Shown: piece by piece, positions 40,391 to 55,300 of the stretch | Position numbering within the stretch: position 1 is the first letter of the stretch | How the letters are laid out: the number at the start of each line of letters is the position of its first letter | The notes under the pieces: model-generated | The model's input: only the letters and a program-made list of their open reading frames with translations | Told to the model about the DNA's origin: nothing | Databases searched by the model: none | Translations under genes and position numbers: made by a program | NCBI RefSeq assembly: GCF_026571515.1 | Contig: NW_026863984.1 | Location: 124,001 to 188,000 of the forward strand | DNA: 64,000 nucleotides | Source: Ruditapes philippinarum | Taxonomy: Eukaryota | Reading direction: 5' to 3'

Positions 40391-43300
40391 ATGCGCTGTG
40401 TACTTTTCATTGTTTTGTGCGGCTTTTACGCCGGTATTGACTGCTTACCAAACACTGGAAGTGTCGACAACATAATGGATGAGAAATATCTAGATATTAT
40501 CAGGGAGATCGCAGAAGCCGTAGAAGAAAGTGAAAGGCAAAACGACCCACCGAACATTGATTCTAACCACGAAACATTCTCAAGAGGACGTGATGAAAGT
40601 AAACACGCGAAAGCAATTCAACAAAACACAAACGACCCTCCGTATACCGACACCGAGAAGAGCTACCTTGAAGTCGCTAGAGAAGTTGCTGACGCATACA
40701 TGATAGAAAAGAAGGAAGCAGAAGGTGATTAGAACTTATTTTTTTAAACTGTGGCTAAAATGTATAAAACAATTTTTTATGTATAAATATAACCTTTTAA
40801 AACTTGTACACAGATTTAAGTATGCGAATGAAATTGATAAAAAAATATCCAATATCCACAACACAATAACTAAGAATCGTGGTGCTAAAATGCTTATCAA
40901 CGTTTATAGTTTCTTCTCATAACGATACAAAACTGGTTAATCTAACAGTGATGCTCGGTGCTACAGTTAATGTGTGATTGTACCGTCTTAACCCGGGGTA
41001 CTAACACTCTTTTACAGTTAAAACTTTGTAAATTTATCAATAATAAACACAATGTTTTGGTAACTCTATTGTGAGCGGTAGAGTACCTTGAACTTTAACG
41101 ATAAAAAAAACGTTTGCTCCCCAGGATAAGATGAGAATTATATATTCCTAATGCATGAGAGTACTAAAAGTATTTTTGCAGATGAATAGACAAGAAGTAT
41201 ATGTAAACAATAATTATCATAACCTTTTTCTCAATTAGCATTTTCTGCTAACCAGACTTTTAAGCAGATACTATCACCCGAGACAAAAGCTTTTCTAGCA
41301 GATGATCCATGTACATTTTGCAACAAGGCACTGGTCTCCTCATTGGCACTGTTGTCTGTCTTCTTTATGCGGTTTTGTTTTGTTTGCTTTGGGAACATTA
41401 ATTTGTTAAGAACTCATCCGATGTGAGATGTATTCATTAAAGCTGCCTTACCTGTCAAATATTATCTACGTTAAAGAGTCCGACGTAGCAGGCTCTGGCT
41501 CAGCTGTAGCTGCACTACGTAGCTTCAATCGTCCAAGCGCAAGAATTAGACAGCTTTTAGATGAACAGGCTAGAGAAGAGGCAGAATTAGAGACCTTAAG
41601 TTTACTGTAAGTAGGATAAAATAAAGTGAATATTCAAAATGAATATTATCTTATGATCTTAAAGGAACTCTACTGTTACACTTAGTTTTTGTAAGACTTT
41701 AAGATCTTTTGTTTCATGCCTTTTGACATCAATAAAGCTCCTTACAGTCTTTGATTATTTTAAACGTGTTTTAAGGCATGTGTGATTATACCTTAAATGA
41801 CGCATAACGATTGATAATTTAGCTGTATTCGAGCTTTGCATGTATACAAATAGAACTTTACCCACAGGCGAAAGTAGCATGATTATTTTGTATTTTTTTA
41901 TCAATGTCAATCATACATAAGCCATATCAAGATCTAAATTATTTTGAAGAATGATTATAAACAGTGTACTTTTTAAGTTCGATGTAAATTATTCCAAAAC
42001 ACTAACTTGTATATAAACTGCTGCTTCAATAACTAAAGGCAAGGATGTCGTTGACTAACACTAACTCAATAGATTCTTTAAATGTTCAAAAACTCAGACA
42101 TTCACGATTACTTCAGGCAAAAATTCTTAAGCACGGTTCAACACATGCATGGTATGTGTTTGTAATAAAATTAATAAAAACGTTATTAATCGAGGTAATA
42201 TTTATTACATTAATAGCTATTCTGACGGTGATAAAAAATGAACTGAAAAACTATACCTTACATTCTACATAAATCTGATTATTCTTTTTCATCAACGGCA
42301 GAGTTGCTGGTGAAGACTCAGATTTGCTAAGAGAAGTCAACGTTCGATTGACTGCAGGAAGTGCAAAGGACGATCCGTCGTGCGGTATTACTATTGACTG
42401 CAGTAAGGCGGACAATAGAACTTTTGTAGACAACATTGAGTTTAGAACCATAGATGGCATATGCAATAATCGGAACAATTATACATGGGGAATGACATAT
42501 GTTCAACACCGGAGATTATTACCAGATACCTATCACAATGGTTTGTATATCACTTTATCAATGTTTAAATCACGCCTTGTAAACAACAGAGAAACTTTTT
42601 TTCTGTATACGATAAAGCGCTCTATCGCTACTTTCGACCTAATGCTCGTCGGTTACTTTAAGCGTTAGCATAGGTAAAATGACATCTTATTTTATCACAT
42701 TTATAATAAGGCATTACTATACTTTATTGGCGGGAAAGAATGTCACGCGTATCTATCTTATTATTTAATGCAGCTTGCTTCTATTGTCAAATTTTTGCAT
42801 AAAAAGTCGATAATGTATGCGTACTTGTGATATTCTATGCATGACAATATTTTAAATTCAAATATTTCTAACATCTTAACCAAATTATTGTTTTCTTGAA
42901 TGTCTTAATAATGCCAACAAATATGGTTGTAATATGTTACTATATGAGCTGCGTCATGACAAAACCAACATAATAATATTGTAAGTGAAATCTTATCCGC
43001 GCCGTCTGATCAGGATCCATGCTGTTCGCTTACAAACCCTATAACAAGTAGAGAAACTGATAACGAACAGCATGGATCCTGATCATACTGTGCGGATAAA
43101 ATTTCACTTACAATAGGCGAAACTTAAATCTTAATACTGCTATATAAAAGAGACAAGATATTCTGTATCTAAAATATGCGTTCTTGTATCATGTTAAATG
43201 CCTTCGACGTGGATATCACAGTGATATGATTCAATGAAAACTACATCTTGTTTAAGGAAACAGTACATAAACTCTGTGTGTAAACGTACGTTGTGTCAAT

Positions 43301-46300
43301 ATTGAACATTTCCCTTCTTTTTGCACTTATCATAACAGTTTCAAATAATTCCCTAAAATACATTGATATGTATTAATCCCTAGTGAATTCAGGAGAACAA
43401 TGACTACCAAATTCAGAGGTCATATTCTTACTAATACTACCTATACCCGTGCATGTTAAGCACTTGTGTTGAAAACAGCAGCAAATTCTATATTTTAATT
43501 CGTAACAATTTCTAACATTCCCTTTGCTTCTTTTCCAGGAAAATGGCATTTACGTCAATTAAGCGTTACTAGTACGAGACGCCCACGTAATGACGTACGT
43601 TTACCGTCTGCACGTAACATCAGCAATGTCGTCCACAGCAGTACGACTCAACCAAAGCCGGACAACGACGATAACATTTCCCTTGCTATATTTTATTTCA
43701 TGCAGTTTATAGATCACGATTTGGCAAAAACTCCCGAAGGTTTGTAATTAATATTGGAAATTCTATATGCGTATTAAGTTTTAACAGGCTTAATCAAACC
43801 GATCCTGCAAAATTTCAATTTTTCCCGTTTTTGGCATTCATTAAGTTCCATTTTTCTCTATTTAACAAAGTGAATGTCTATCGATATGCTGTATTTGAAA
43901 AAAACATCATCTGAAAATTAATGATTATGTAGACAATCTTTTTTTTAAGGCGGGTGGGGGTGAGGGTGCAAAGGTTGATAAAAAGGATTTGTGTAATTAC
44001 TTTATAACAATCCACGTTAATTGTTATATGTCTGTAAGTTATAAACATGCTATGAGATCCTGTTTACAGTATATGGGAACACGGTTCTCTGCAAAAAACC
44101 AATTTAAACAACCAAAAGATAACTAACCAATTACAAAAGCGTTACAAAGCATGCTTACAATTAACCACACTATTTTCACATTACAGGTCACGTGTCTTCA
44201 AAAAGAGATTGTTGCAAGGAAAACGTAGACAGGCCAAGGTGAATTGTAGATTTTAATTTGCAATTTCAATAAGAAACAGAACAAACCTGATTTTAATTCT
44301 TTTATAAAATCTTCGAACAAAAAATTTGCTGTAATATATATATTAAATGACTGGTCTCTGCATCTGTTACAGCACCATACGCTGACATTAAGTATCTATC
44401 TTATACAGAAAACCTTAATTAGTCTTCGCACTTATGTCATTATTGTAATATTCGGCTAATCATCTCGGTCAAACAAATTCCCTTACCCAGTATGGCGTCC
44501 TATAATTTAACAAATCTGCAAAAAAGTTAAAGCAAACATCACACAAAGCTATATTACCAATATTGTATGATATAATCATATTTTTTCTTTCTTCATATAT
44601 TTTCATATTATACCAAATGTCTGGGCAATACCGAACATACAAATGGCGTTCAAACAAAAACATATTTGCAATAATTCATTTCAATGCTATAATAAACTGA
44701 AAGGTAACAATACTGCATATTCTGATGTGGGATTATATGATTTGTTATTTTAGATTATTTTGTATGCCTATTAAAGCGGAGGTTGCAGAGAGTCATTTTA
44801 AAACGGATTATTGTATGGATTCGAGGAGAAGTTTCACCTTATTCCGTTGTAACGACAGTAAGTATATATTTAGATTTCAACTATTTTGTTGCTGTTATGC
44901 AGATGAACATTTTTATTTTGTTTGACAATTATGCGAAGTAAAGCAAAGTACAAAAATTGATCATAGATTTGTCGCATGCACAATTTACTTGGCTGTTCAG
45001 AGTTCTTGATATTGGAGAAAAGGTTTCATTTTTAAAAAAGTATCCACATTTGTTTGGAAATCAATACAAACGCCATTGTCACAATTGTTCGAGGTATTTA
45101 ATGTTTAAACACATGTTAAAGGCATGCATATGTCCCAATGTTATTGAACCCCTAATATCGCAAGAGAATTAACCGTTCGTGCTGTTGGAAAATACTCTGC
45201 AGTATTTGACACTCGGTCAGTACTTATTATAAAATTTAAAAATTTGCCCTAAAAATTGATAAGATTTTTTGTCATGATTGGTAAATGATCAAGTCCATAG
45301 AAGATATTTAACGTGATGAAGCTAAATAAAGAATATTACTTTAAAGAAACATTTGAGCCGCGTCATGACAAAACCAACATAATGCGTTTGCGACCAGCAT
45401 GGATCCAGACCAGCCTGCGCATCCGCACAGTCTGATCAGAATCCATGCAGCTCGCTTTCAGTTTCTCTACTTGTAAAACGGTTGGTAAGCGAACAGCATG
45501 GATCCTGATCAGACTGCGCGGATGCGCAGGCTGGTCTGGATCCATGCTGTCACAAAGCCATTATGTTGGTTTTGTCGTGACGCGGCTCATTAAGTCTATA
45601 ATGGAGGGCCTGTTATAGAACATATACAATGAATAATTACTCTGATGATATTTGACATAATTTAAAACGCGACAGAATTATACATTGAAGTTGTTGAAAA
45701 GTCTAAAAAATATGATGGGATAGTTCATGTATTAATATAGCGGATAATAAATTTTTATAGAACAAAATATTATCATTTATCATATAAATGTTCATTCTAC
45801 GTACAACACTTAGAATTGAATCGTCAATTTTTCAAGCAACAATTCATAATGATTTCCAAAGGATTCTACTGTATTTTTTATTAATATTTAAACTAATTAT
45901 GAAAAATGTGAGCATTGTGGACCTATCCACTGTAATGAACTTTTCTAGAAAGTGGGTTCCAGAACCAGATAAATGAGATTACGTCTTATCTTGATGCAAG
46001 TATGGTTTATGGATCTACGGTGGCTGAGGAGAAGCAGCTCAGAACTGGAATTGGTGGTAAGTCCTGTTTTTATTGCCTCGGCTACCTGGATGGGGGAATA
46101 TAAGATCTGCTCTTGTCCGTCGGTCCCGGTATCTTGCTGATACTTATCATAAAGTAAAATGTTGTGATGGATCTGTGCCAGCTTGTCCCTAGATGTTGAG
46201 ACATTTGCACAAGCAAACTGTTTGTACGCATATGCGAACATTTGAGGCAAATTCTAATTAATCGATTCTATTACACATAAAATATTTGCAAATTTGTTGT

Positions 46301-49300
46301 TAACAGTTAATCATCATGATTGATGTAAGTTATTTTTTGTACTTAGTCTTGCAGGTATCGATTAAGGTTTTTAGTTTGTTATCACCGTGTTCTTTCTTAC
46401 GTTGCTTTCAATGTAGAGAGCTGATGTAGCACTTTATATTAATATAAGAAACCTGTCTGATAGACATTTCCTTAACTTTCTTAATGAAAAACATTTTATG
46501 GGCGTTTAAATTCTAAGATGATGGAAATTTCTGTTAATATGATAACAGAATTGTAATGATTTGAACTTTCACGAAAAAAGAAATGAAAAGAAAAAAAGCT
46601 TTTATTAAACTCCGGTTTCAGTCTGTTCAATGGATTTATTTACACTGAGCAATACCTCTGCTCTGATTTGATCATAAGTAAACTTTCTCGTTTTTCGGCG
46701 ATTCCTCCACTTTACAATCAAAATCGAATATAAATTGGTGTAAAAAGACATGAATTAGCCGACTTTACGTGTATATCAGCGATTATAAAGGCGAGATTTT
46801 AGTATTTAATCATTCAAGCACCTTGTCCGCTTTATGTCAGAATTCGTTAATTAGTGTGGTTCTCAAACACATACTCTTTAGTTTCATTTTATGTCGATAT
46901 AAAATGTCCCGAAGAATACACAATTTTATTGTAATTTCGTAATAAAACATTCAACAGGCTGTCAAGAAAATATGCATCCCTTTAAACTCTGAATCAAACA
47001 AAGAAATTACGTGTAGGAATACATATAGATATATATTGAAAATCCCTTATTACCATGTTTGTTCTGGAAATGACATTTCAGGTTGGTTGGCTGAAAGCAG
47101 TAACAGATTTCTGCCTAACTCCTCTCATGCGTCTGACTTACCGTGCAATTCAACTGACCCGAATTATAAATTTTGCTATGAAGCAGGTAAGAAAACTTTA
47201 GAACAACAACATCTTATATTGCCAGTTCGCACAACATTATTATATGAATGGATTTCTTAATGTAAATGTCAGCATTACCAAAGGAAAATAGTAATCAAAT
47301 AAACATTATATTTTAGTAAGAAATGGTTTGACAATCATTTATTACAGATTGTTATTTTCTTATACTTTTCCTATAATATATATTGTTGAAATCGTCGAAA
47401 AAAGCGATGCTTGTCCAGTTTTGGGAAATTGTTCACTTCAAGTTTTTTATAGAAAAGACTTGATTTAGAAAAACATGTTATCATATCAAAACATAGCATG
47501 ATTGTTTGAATTTAGTTTTATGGAATTTATTTAACCTTTAACAAGATTTTTTTTTATTTTGGGGTTTAAATATAATCTAATTACGTAGGTGACACAAGAG
47601 CAAACGTTCACCCAGGACTGACAAGTTATCATACAATATTTGTGCGGGAGCATAACCGTATTGCAACACTTTTTGCCGAAATAAGACCCGAATGGAGTGA
47701 CGATAGAATTTACCAGGAGACGAGGAAAATAATAGGAGCACTTATACAACGTATTGTTTATAAGTGAGTACATTATAAAGCATTTGAAGTTTAAGTACAC
47801 TATAGGAAATTACTCATATACATTGATAAGTTTACAATCCAATATGAAATAAACTATTTGAAACAAACTGTATTCAAGTAATGTTCGTATTAAAATGTAT
47901 GATGTAGGAGTATAACATATATTATTATTATTATAAATTATCGGCATCCTGTCTATCGTAACAAAGACAGGAGAGCAACTCATCTTGCAAAGTACCACAA
48001 TAGGCTAAACGTGTACATGTACAGTTTGTATATCACGCAACATTGAAGGAATATATTTAAATAACAACATCTTAGAGAGAAAATAAAACCAATGGTAAGT
48101 TATGCGCAGAAATACAATAGTTAATATAAACGATACAATAGCACAATTAGTAGACGGGAACTGAATATGCCAGCCAATATTCAGTATAGGAGAGATGAAA
48201 TCAGTAGTTTATTAAGTTTGGAAACCGAAAACAAAAGAAGAAAATTGATTTAAAAATCATCAAGAGCAGAAACGCTAACACAATACGTTAGAAATAAGAA
48301 GACAAATTTGTTATGGACCAAAATACTTACAAAGCAAAATAAAACATTGTTAAACTTCCCCCATAAAGAAATATAATTGTCGTTCATATTAGGATACATA
48401 TTTTAGCGATACAGATGAAGACACAAGTGTGCTTAAAAGATAAAGAACATAGTACACAAAGGACTGAATTTTTAGTTTAATAAACAATTCGTAACGCATT
48501 GAATACCAAATTTATGCAATCATTTTGGGACTCGACATGGAAAATAAAACCATGAAACATTTTATGAATATAAGCAAGGAAAAACTTGAAAAAAAAGATC
48601 CGCGAAGATTGTTTGCGAATTAAGATATGTACAACAAGCCAAACATGTATAAATTGCTTGATTTGTTTATATAAGATATCAAAATATAGCAGTGCAATAC
48701 AGGGTGTATGCACTTTTATCTATGCGCCAACATCTACAGAAGCACGAGAACGCATTTAAAGCTGTATACCTTTCAGATGAGCCAAATGATTTCAAGAAAA
48801 TCAATTTTGTGACAAATGTGTTAAGATGTTAAGAAAAGAAAAAATATTTACAATTCAAGTAGTGATTAACATCTTATTTGCAATGACAGTATGTATCGTC
48901 ATATTTCTAATACGTGACTTAGCCGTAAGGGCTATTTATTGCATTTGGTAGTTTATGTGGATTGAATGTGACGTTTGCAATGCGTATTTGTTTTCTTTTA
49001 CAGGACAATTTTGTAATTTTTAAAAACATTTACAAAAAAATGAAAATAGGCATGCATCCGTAGGCGTGTTGCTTAAAAAGCCATGCCCGCATAGCGTGGC
49101 GCCCTGAATTATGCATATTAAAAACGTGCAAAAACGAGACGTGCTTGTCATGCATGTTTTCTTACCCGTTTATGAATACATGCGTGAGCAGTTTTTATGC
49201 AAGAACAGTTATGGTAGCCCTGATAATAATAATTGTTTTATCTCATAATCTTTATAAAGATTTTTCTTTATTTTGCTTGTTGTTTTTATAGCGAATTGTT

Positions 49301-52300
49301 ACCAGTTCTTTTCCGTCAATCGGAGCTGGTCTCGTATGGAGTTGCCACCAATTACTCATACAATTCTTCCATTGATGCGTCGATGACACAGGCGTTTTCA
49401 ATGGCATACAGGTAACAATATGCCATGTATACAAATACTAATATCGTTTTTCTATCGTTTGTAAAATGGCGGTAAGGAGTGTTTTATCTTTTTTTTAATT
49501 TCATTATATTTTTACAATAACAAACAATTATTTGCACATGTCAGGCATCTAAATGTTATTTTTTGTTCGTGCAGATAATGAACCTTAGGCCTGTGGGAAG
49601 ATCATAATTGAAAGAACAAAGTATTCCAGACTGAATCCCATACGATTATTTAAAAACAGGTTTTTAAAATACCTGAAGACTTACATGAACACATCTGTGC
49701 ATGTTTCTGTATTAAAATGTCACCACTTTCGTGTTTAAATGTTGAGTTCTGCTTAAGCCGGTGCTAAGAGGCGTGGACGGTAACTTGCATTTTCCACTAC
49801 CGTCCATGAAAAGGATCAATCAAACCAAGCCTGCAATCTTTTCAATTTTGTCGATTTGAGCGTTCTTTGGGGATTCCGTCTTTTTTCCCCTTTTTATAAT
49901 AACTCGTACTTTTTGTCTAAAATAAGTGTTTAATTTTATGATGCCCAAGACAACATACTCTTAATACGCCAATAAATTTTCACAAAGGTGATACTTATGG
50001 TCTTATGACGTGCGAAATTGCAATTGAGAGTAAATGTTATTCCATTTTGTATGTAGAAATGTCCTTCGTCAAACAAAGAAATGCATTAGATAATATGTCT
50101 CATCTCAGTCGTGGTCGAGGGGTTAGAGTCGATGACTTCTTATCCAGTTACCTCTCTCGCGTGGGTTCGATAGCCGGGCAATGCTTTGGGAGTTTAGCGC
50201 GGAGGAAGGTAGTCTAGTACTGGTGTAACACTCCAGGAACGATGGTTAGGAAACTACCCGCCTATATGGCTTAAATACTGTTGGGAAAAGGTGTAAAATG
50301 AAACAAACAAACAAACTCAGCCAGAAGGGACAAACGGTCAATTCGGCAATTGAGCGCTAGATAAAGAAGAAAATGCAGCAATGAAGTTGTATGTTGAAGT
50401 TTAGAACGATTTAAACAAAGAGCAAATGATTATGAAACAAAGATTGGCTCTAGAAAATAGTATATTTCATCGAAGAAAATATTGAATCAAGACGTACAAC
50501 ATTAGTATATATGTTATGCCATTGAGACTATTTATAGCTTCTTCCGATATTATACACAGTATTAATTGTTCAAAAGATACTGCTTTTGTACACTATTATC
50601 TTCATTTAAGATATCACCAACTGATGCCTGCGAAGCTGCATTTGGCTGAGGAAGTGGCTTCTGAGGAAACACCGGTGGTGAATTTTAAAGAGGAAAATCA
50701 AGAAAATGTTATTATGAGGCCAAATTATGTCAACAGAGATAACTATAAAGGAATCGATGAAATTGCTCTTGGACTCTTGGTGAGCAAATGCCCGTATGTC
50801 GATAGGTAAGATACATAATTTTATACATAATCAGATTTAAGACATAACCGGCTAAATAAGTACTTCCACAGTTTTAACATGAATAGCTCTAAAAAGTCTG
50901 TATATAAAAAGTCTTATACATGTAAGAGTGCATGTTTAAATGATACAATATTTGAGTTATCATTGGCTCAATTTTGCTGAACTTCTAATAAATACACTAG
51001 CGGGAACTATTACTATTCCAGGGGCCTCCGTGGCCGACTGGTTACAGTCGCTGACTTGAGATCACAGGTCCCTCACCACTGTAGGTTCGATCTTCACTCG
51101 GGTCGAAATCTTTCATGTGAGGAAGCCATCCAGCTGGCTTACGGAAGAATGGTGGCTTTACCCAGGTGCCCGCTCGTACCTGAAATAATGCCCGGAGGGG
51201 CACCTGGGGTCTTCTTCCACCAATAAAGCTGGAAAATAATCGACGAAAAATCTCGGCGGGACGCTCTAGGATGACCCGACTTGAGTGTACGGTCGCCCAT
51301 ATGGGTTTTCCGGCGGCGACCTTAAATAAACGCATTAAAAAGAATTGCTATTCCGTTGATTTGGACAATATGGATGCAAAATTTGATATGGGAATATTTA
51401 TACATTCACACTTTTCCTATGAATTAAGTGTACAGGTGTTCCTTGTATTTCTTTAATCTTTCTTTGATTTTGAAGACATAGCCACATTCATTACAGTCGA
51501 CATTGGTTCAAAATTATAGAAAAGGAGCCAAGTTGCCCAGAATGTGTCATAAGATGTATGTCATAACGTTAGAGGAAGGTTTTCGCACCCACTTTTTCAT
51601 TCTTTAAAAAAATCTAAGTACGTATATTGCGGCTAGCGGGTATGACCATATAGCCATATAGAGCCAAATTCCTTGAAAGTTGAAAATGACCGTATTTTTT
51701 TTTTTTTGAGAATTTCTCTAATTGAAGGAGGACACGCACTTAAGTAGTATGAGGTCCCGGGTTTTGCGCCTGTGTCTTGTCATAGACATTGCATTTACTT
51801 TATATCAAATACATGTATTTAAAATGTCTGCTAAGGAACAAAGTCATATATTTCAATATCATGTCATGTCATATAATATCATATCATATCATAGCATGTT
51901 ATGTCATTTCATATCTTGTCATATCAATGATATCATATCATATCAAACATGTATCATATCATTGCATTTCATATCATATCATTGCATGAAATGCGATGTG
52001 GTATCATAACACATCAAACCATTTAAAGGCATGTCATTTCATATCTTGTCATATCAATGATATCATATCATACATGTATCATATCATTGCATTTCATATC
52101 ATATCATTGCATGAAATGCCATGTGGTATGATATCATAACACATCAAATCATTTAAAGGCATGTCATTTCATATCGGTATCATATCGATATCATATCATA
52201 TCATACCATTTCATTTCATTTCATATCATATTATATCATATTATATTGCTAATGTATTTTAATGTAGGGTAATGAATGATGCTACAAGAAATCTGCTATT

Positions 52301-55300
52301 TTTGGATAAAGACGGAAACTCTTTCGATCTAGCTGCGTTGAACATCATGCGCGGTAGAGAATGGGGCATGCCAACATATACGTCTTACCGTGCATTGTGT
52401 GGGCTCGGAAATACAACGGCTTGGAGTGATCTCTCAAACACAACACTACAAGAGGATGTAGATAAGATGGCATCGGTGTATGCGTATGTATCAGTTTTAA
52501 TACAATATCATTATTTTTCATAGGCTACCTATTTTAAGAATCTTCGTAGATAGGTGAAATAACAAAATGAAGATCCAAGAAAATTTAATTTCGTNNNNNN
52601 NNNNNNNNNNNNNNNNNNNNNNNNNNNNNNNNNNNNNNNNNNNNNNNNNNNNNNNNNNNNNNNNNNNNNNNNNNNNNNNNNNNNNNNNNNNNNNNNNNNN
52701 NNNNNNNNNNNNNNNNNNNNNNNNNNNNNNNNNNNNNNNNNNNNNNNNNNNNNNNNNNNNNNNNNNNNNNNNNNNNNNNNNNNNNNNNNNNNNNNNNNNN
52801 NNNNNNNNNNNNNNNNNNNNNNNNNNNNNNNNNNNNNNNNNNNNNNNNNNNNNNNNNNNNTGATATTGCTGTATTACTATTATTATAATTATTATCATTT
52901 TTATTATTATTATTATATCTTATGATTATTTTAAATTTTCAGACGCCAAGACAGGTAATTTCACTATTTATAATTATATCATTGACAGGAAAATGCCTTA
53001 AACGCTACATTTTTTACAGCGATGTACGTGATGTTGATCTTTGGACGGGAATAATGACAGAAAAGAAGCTACCGGGCTCAATTTCCGGTGCCACACAAAC
53101 CTGTCTTTTAGCTAAGCATTTTGCTAATTTAAAGCACGGGGACAGGTTCTGGTATGAAAATCCAACAACTGGCTTTACAGGTGGTAAGTTGTTAAGTCCA
53201 CACAAATTCAAACCAGGTCTACCTACCTAAGAAAATTGTATAAATGTCTTTTTTTTTGTGAAAAAATATTAGTGACTCTACTGTGTTTTTTTTTAATGAA
53301 CGGACCGAAAATAGTTGATTTTGGTGTTTAACTGTATGTAAGTGGTATTCGTGTGCAACATTTCAGATTATTTATTCACACAACTTCACAGAGGTAATCA
53401 ATTTTAATGCGCGAATCTGCCTAAAAGCCCGAAAACATAGATAACTACTTTAGTACCGAGTACATTTACGAATTATCTATTGCAAAGTGTTCCGTTTAAT
53501 GAGCACCATTTAAACGGTGCAAGAATTTTAAATTATACGATTTTAATCTATCAGACTTCGATGTAGTTCCTTTAAATATCATACATCAATCTGTTAGGAA
53601 CATTGAATAACATCTTTTATCGAAAGAGAAATAAACAGCACAATATGAAAAAATAAATAAAAAGTCATTTTTTGATAACTAATATGGGCTAAGAGAGGCT
53701 TAATGGTTCACCTTTTTACATAAATATACTAAATTGATTATGTTTTGTTTATGTTACAGCTCAGCTACAGCAAATACAGTCGAAAACATTAGCAAGAGTG
53801 CTTTGTGACAATCTTGGCGTAACGAAGATGAGGCCAGAGGTGTTCCGATCAAATTCTGATTGGTATATAACAAAAAAAATATGTTTTTTTCTAGTGTACA
53901 ACATTGCATATTTGAATTCAAATCGCTACATATGCAACGTTTGATATCTGTTTTTAATGGAGAAATTTCGCCTCGCCCGAGGATCAAACAATCGTCTCCA
54001 GAATTAAAAATCAGATGCTCTCAATGTCATAGTCTGTGAATCGCACACATTGCAAACCAAGTCCAGATTTTCCTAAATAGTCATTTACAGTATCAATTAT
54101 ACACGAATATTGAGATTTGTAACGCAAGCGTTTGAAATTAAAGTTGAGATATTGACTCTTTTGAAGAAACTTGCAAATATATTACATTGGTGATTTACCA
54201 AAAATCATTTTAAGAATTTATTGTATATTAAATTAATAGTGGAAACTCAAGTTCTTTTCTATAAAGCGAGTGGTATGAAAATAAATATTTCATGAGTGGC
54301 GGGACCCACGAGTGAAGTATTATAATTTTCACACCACAAGATAAAAATGAATCTTATATTAATTTTATAACAGAAAAAACTTGAAGTGTCTGTTCATTAT
54401 ATACATTTTCCTTTTTTTTGACATAACAATTGAAAGTTTTCCCCTTAAATTTTGTATATCGCACGCCCGTTTAACTCACAACGAGTGTAAAATGTTCATC
54501 GGTAAAAATGTTGTGAGCAACTTCCGTTCCTCGTTGTGAGCACCCATCTAGGACGTGTGACACGATAAACAAGGTGAGTTTTTCATAATTTTTGAAGATT
54601 TCAGACAATTATGTAAAAAAATCGGAATGCAGTTAGCTAGCGATGTGTTTTCCGAGTATGCACATGTAAAGATATTTCCTGTTGGTAGACAATTTGATGG
54701 AAATACCATGTGCAGGCACTCGGGGAAGCTGGAAAACTGGAGACAACTTCTCTCCAGACCAAATTTAACATTGAAAACGTCGATTCTGGTAAAGTTTTTG
54801 TGCATTCTAACCTGTAACAGATGCCCACAAGTCTTCAGCGTAAATTATTACCTGAAAGTCTTCATAGAAACGAAGATATACCCTTTTTTGCTTTAATCCT
54901 CGTTGTGAGCACCATAACTTCGTTGTGAGCAAGACAAGCGCAGTGCGTGTCTGGTTTTATATGTAATTCAGATGGTGAAAATATAATTTTCAATCTACCA
55001 AAGCAATTAAAACGTTTTTGCACAGCAGCATTTCTTTGAAAGACGTTGTGCATACCCCGAAGAGAGGCATTTTAGTTTTGAACTGTCAGTCCGTCTGTCC
55101 GTCAATCCGTCCGAAAACTATAACATTGGCCATAACTTCCTTATAAGTAAGTGGAATTAATTCATATTTGGAAACAGTATTTGTTTTTGGATAGAAGGTC
55201 ATTCAGGGGTTAAGATAAAAAAATACAGATCAGTTTGAAGGTCTTGTCTAAAGGGGTGTTGTGTCCAAATATGAGTAGAATCCGTATAATAAGGAAGTTA

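Noticed and set aside
50106-51330. Additional tRNA genes at 50106 and 51021
   Set aside because: They have A/B boxes but no complete cloverleaf, and they continue into SINE body and tail sequence.
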